NCBI GenBank assembly: GCA_046760225.1
Contig: JBHIDR010000014.1
Location: forward strand, 1 to 20,568
Source: Candidatus Aenigmatarchaeota archaeon
GTDB lineage: Archaea; Aenigmatarchaeota; Aenigmatarchaeia; Aenigmatarchaeales; JACQIB01
Direction: 5' to 3'
Length of the DNA stretch: 20,568 bases
Shown: in pieces, positions 14,882-20,568 of the stretch
Position numbering within the stretch: position 1 is the first letter of the stretch
Layout of the letters: each line of letters opens with the position of its first letter
Notes under the pieces: model-generated
What the model was told of the DNA's origin: nothing
Seen by the model: only the letters and a program-made list of their open reading frames with translations
Database searches by the model: none
Made by a program: the position numbers and the translations under genes

Positions 14882-16216
14882 ATGAAAATAAGTTTTGTAG
14901 TTGATAAGAAAGGCATAACAGCAGAGCTCTTGGGAGACAAATACAGGCTGGTTTATCCTGCTGAAATATGGAAGGGATTCAGGCAAAAGGAAATATTCCT
15001 TGATAATACGGCTTATCTGCTTACAGTAAACATGCCCATGGTTTCGAACTTTAGGGCGCTTGAGTACAACACATCACTTCCGCTGTTCAAGCCGTTCTTT
15101 GACAAGCTGATTCTTGGAGGAATACCTGGTGCAGTTGATGCTTACAGAGCTAACACGAAAAAGACAATAAAGAAGTTTCTTTCAATCAGATACTCATTCA
15201 AGAACAGCAGGATAAAGATGCCAGAGAAGGCAAGAATAAAGACAAACAACAGGGCTGTTGTGGGTTTTTCCTGCGGAAAGGACAGCCTGCTCTCATTGGG
15301 TGTTTGCAATGAGCTGGGACTTGATCCAGTGATGACGTACATAAACGATACTGTTTCTCCTGGAGAGAACACCTTGAAATTAAGATTCACAAGAAGGATA
15401 GCAAGGAAATTTGGTCTGGATCATGTAATTGTGAGGAACGAGATGGAGAAGCTGAATGATTTTGAGACATGGGGAACTCCAGAGACCTGCCTAGGCTATA
15501 GCCACATGCTTGCTAGCTTTTGCTTGATATCACTTCCCATTGCCCAGCATTTCAGCGCTAACAGTATAGTATTGGGATGCGAGCAGGAATTCAACCACCG
15601 GTTCAAGAACAAGGATGGCATAATGACCTATCCTTCATTTGACCAGACAAGTGAGAGTGTTAAAGGTCACAGTGCAATGATCCAGTGCCTCTCGAACAAC
15701 AAGATAGGAGTATCAAGCGTCATAGAGCCACTGTGTGATATGGCGATATTGAAAATACTTTACCATAGGTATCCTGAGCTGGCGAAATTCCAGGTAACAT
15801 GTGGTGAGCTCGATGCAAGCAAAGAGCCCAGATGGTGTCATGAATGCTATGATTGTACTGACACCTTCATAACGCTGATGGCTCTGGGAATAAACCCGAA
15901 AAAAGTAGGTTTTCACAAGAACCTGCTCAAGAAGAAGTACAAGAAATATTATCTTATTTTTGGTGGAAAAAAGCTTCCCAGGCATTGCATTACAAAGGAT
16001 GAAAGAGACGGGGAACTGCTATTCCTTTACCTTGCGCACAAGAGCGGGTTCAGAGGATATCTGATAGACCTATTCAGAAAGAAGTTCCTTGAAGAAACAA
16101 AGAAAAGGGAAGACGAACTTCTGAAGAAGGAACTCAAGATAACAGAGCCCGTGACAATGCCAGCCAAACTGAAGAGACAAGTGATGAGCATCTACAAGGA
16201 AGAGCTGAACCGATAG
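14882..16216 (+). CDS. PP-loop (N-type) ATP pyrophosphatase with Cys cluster, MurL/QueC-like
   Basis: AVVGFSCGKDSLL (SGGKDS variant), IVLGCE, VSSVIEPL and QVTC...RWCHECYDC. Start is 14882 or 14867. Confidence 0.7.
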   Translation: MKISFVVDKKGITAELLGDKYRLVYPAEIWKGFRQKEIFLDNTAYLLTVNMPMVSNFRALEYNTSLPLFKPFFDKLILGGIPGAVDAYRANTKKTIKKFLSIRYSFKNSRIKMPEKARIKTNNRAVVGFSCGKDSLLSLGVCNELGLDPVMTYINDTVSPGENTLKLRFTRRIARKFGLDHVIVRNEMEKLNDFETWGTPETCLGYSHMLASFCLISLPIAQHFSANSIVLGCEQEFNHRFKNKDGIMTYPSFDQTSESVKGHSAMIQCLSNNKIGVSSVIEPLCDMAILKILYHRYPELAKFQVTCGELDASKEPRWCHECYDCTDTFITLMALGINPKKVGFHKNLLKKKYKKYYLIFGGKKLPRHCITKDERDGELLFLYLAHKSGFRGYLIDLFRKKFLEETKKREDELLKKELKITEPVTMPAKLKRQVMSIYKEELNR

Positions 16217-16217
16217 C

Positions 16218-16251
16218 TTTAAATAGTTTACTGTATATACATACTAATTAG
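16218..16251 (+). promoter_or_regulatory. TATA box plus two palindromes upstream of the cdc48 operon
   Basis: TTTAAATA at 16218-16225, with perfect palindromes TGTATATACA (16232-16241) and CTAATTAG (16244-16251). Confidence 0.5.
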
Positions 16252-16269
16252 CATGGATGTGATGTAAAA

Positions 16270-16631
16270 ATGGTCAAGATTGTAGTTAAGAAGAAGGGAG
16301 GCAGGACAGCAATACTAATAAGCTTTGACACTGACTCCAGCAAATTCAGATCGCGCTCAGAGAGGAACAGGTTCTTCTCCAAGTTGCACGGGAGAAGACA
16401 AATCATTAAAAGAGAGAAGCGCAGATATGTATACCATAGAAGCGGCATACTGGACGAGGTGCCGCATATTAAAGTTGATAATTCAGTATTCATAGTTGCA
16501 ATGGAGCACCTGAGAAGGATGGAGGAATTTTTCAATAAATGGGAGGACAAGGTGATGTTCAAGACATTCCCTGTGCTTCTGAACGAGAGACAGGTGAAGA
16601 AACTCGAAAAAGCAAGGGAGGTTGAAACAGA

Positions 16632-16635
<4 letters not shown>
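16270..16635 (+). CDS. Small basic protein with Cas2/VapD/PaaX-like ferredoxin-fold signature
   Basis: ILISFDT (compare hhhYDI), a RNRFFSKL helix, and KVDNSVFIV (compare xVQxSVF). Confidence 0.55.

Positions 16636-20568
<3,933 letters not shown>

Overview
Archaeal chromosomal window with TATA-box promoters, GGTGA-type RBSs and archaeal gene families. The compact layout and gene set suggest a DPANN-type lineage (inference). It holds about 19 genes: 5' part of aglB/STT3, an unannotated 40-aa acidic microprotein, NOG1 GTPase, SAM methyltransferase, Hsp20, rtcA, a beta-CASP nuclease, tyrS, a methanogen-type serS, topA, a StiP/PRTase-like protein, a membrane protein, divergent pyrE and pyrF, radB, a repeat-bearing stand-alone phosphoSer/Thr-lyase-like protein, a PP-loop MurL/QueC-like protein, a solo Cas2/VapD-like protein, a small hypothetical, and a 3'-truncated cdc48 with two LAGLIDADG inteins. 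Most notable: (1) two alternative alleles of one gene slot (NOG1-X-rtcA, X = methyltransferase or Hsp20) sit in tandem, with duplicated gene ends that diverge only at the junctions; (2) a LanKC/OspF-type lyase domain with no kinase or cyclase; (3) a cluster of PRTase/PyrE/PyrF-like genes with altered catalytic motifs; (4) a Sem1/DSS1-reminiscent acidic microprotein on a bidirectional promoter; (5) an intein lacking the block B His. All family calls come from motifs recognised by eye; no database searches were run.
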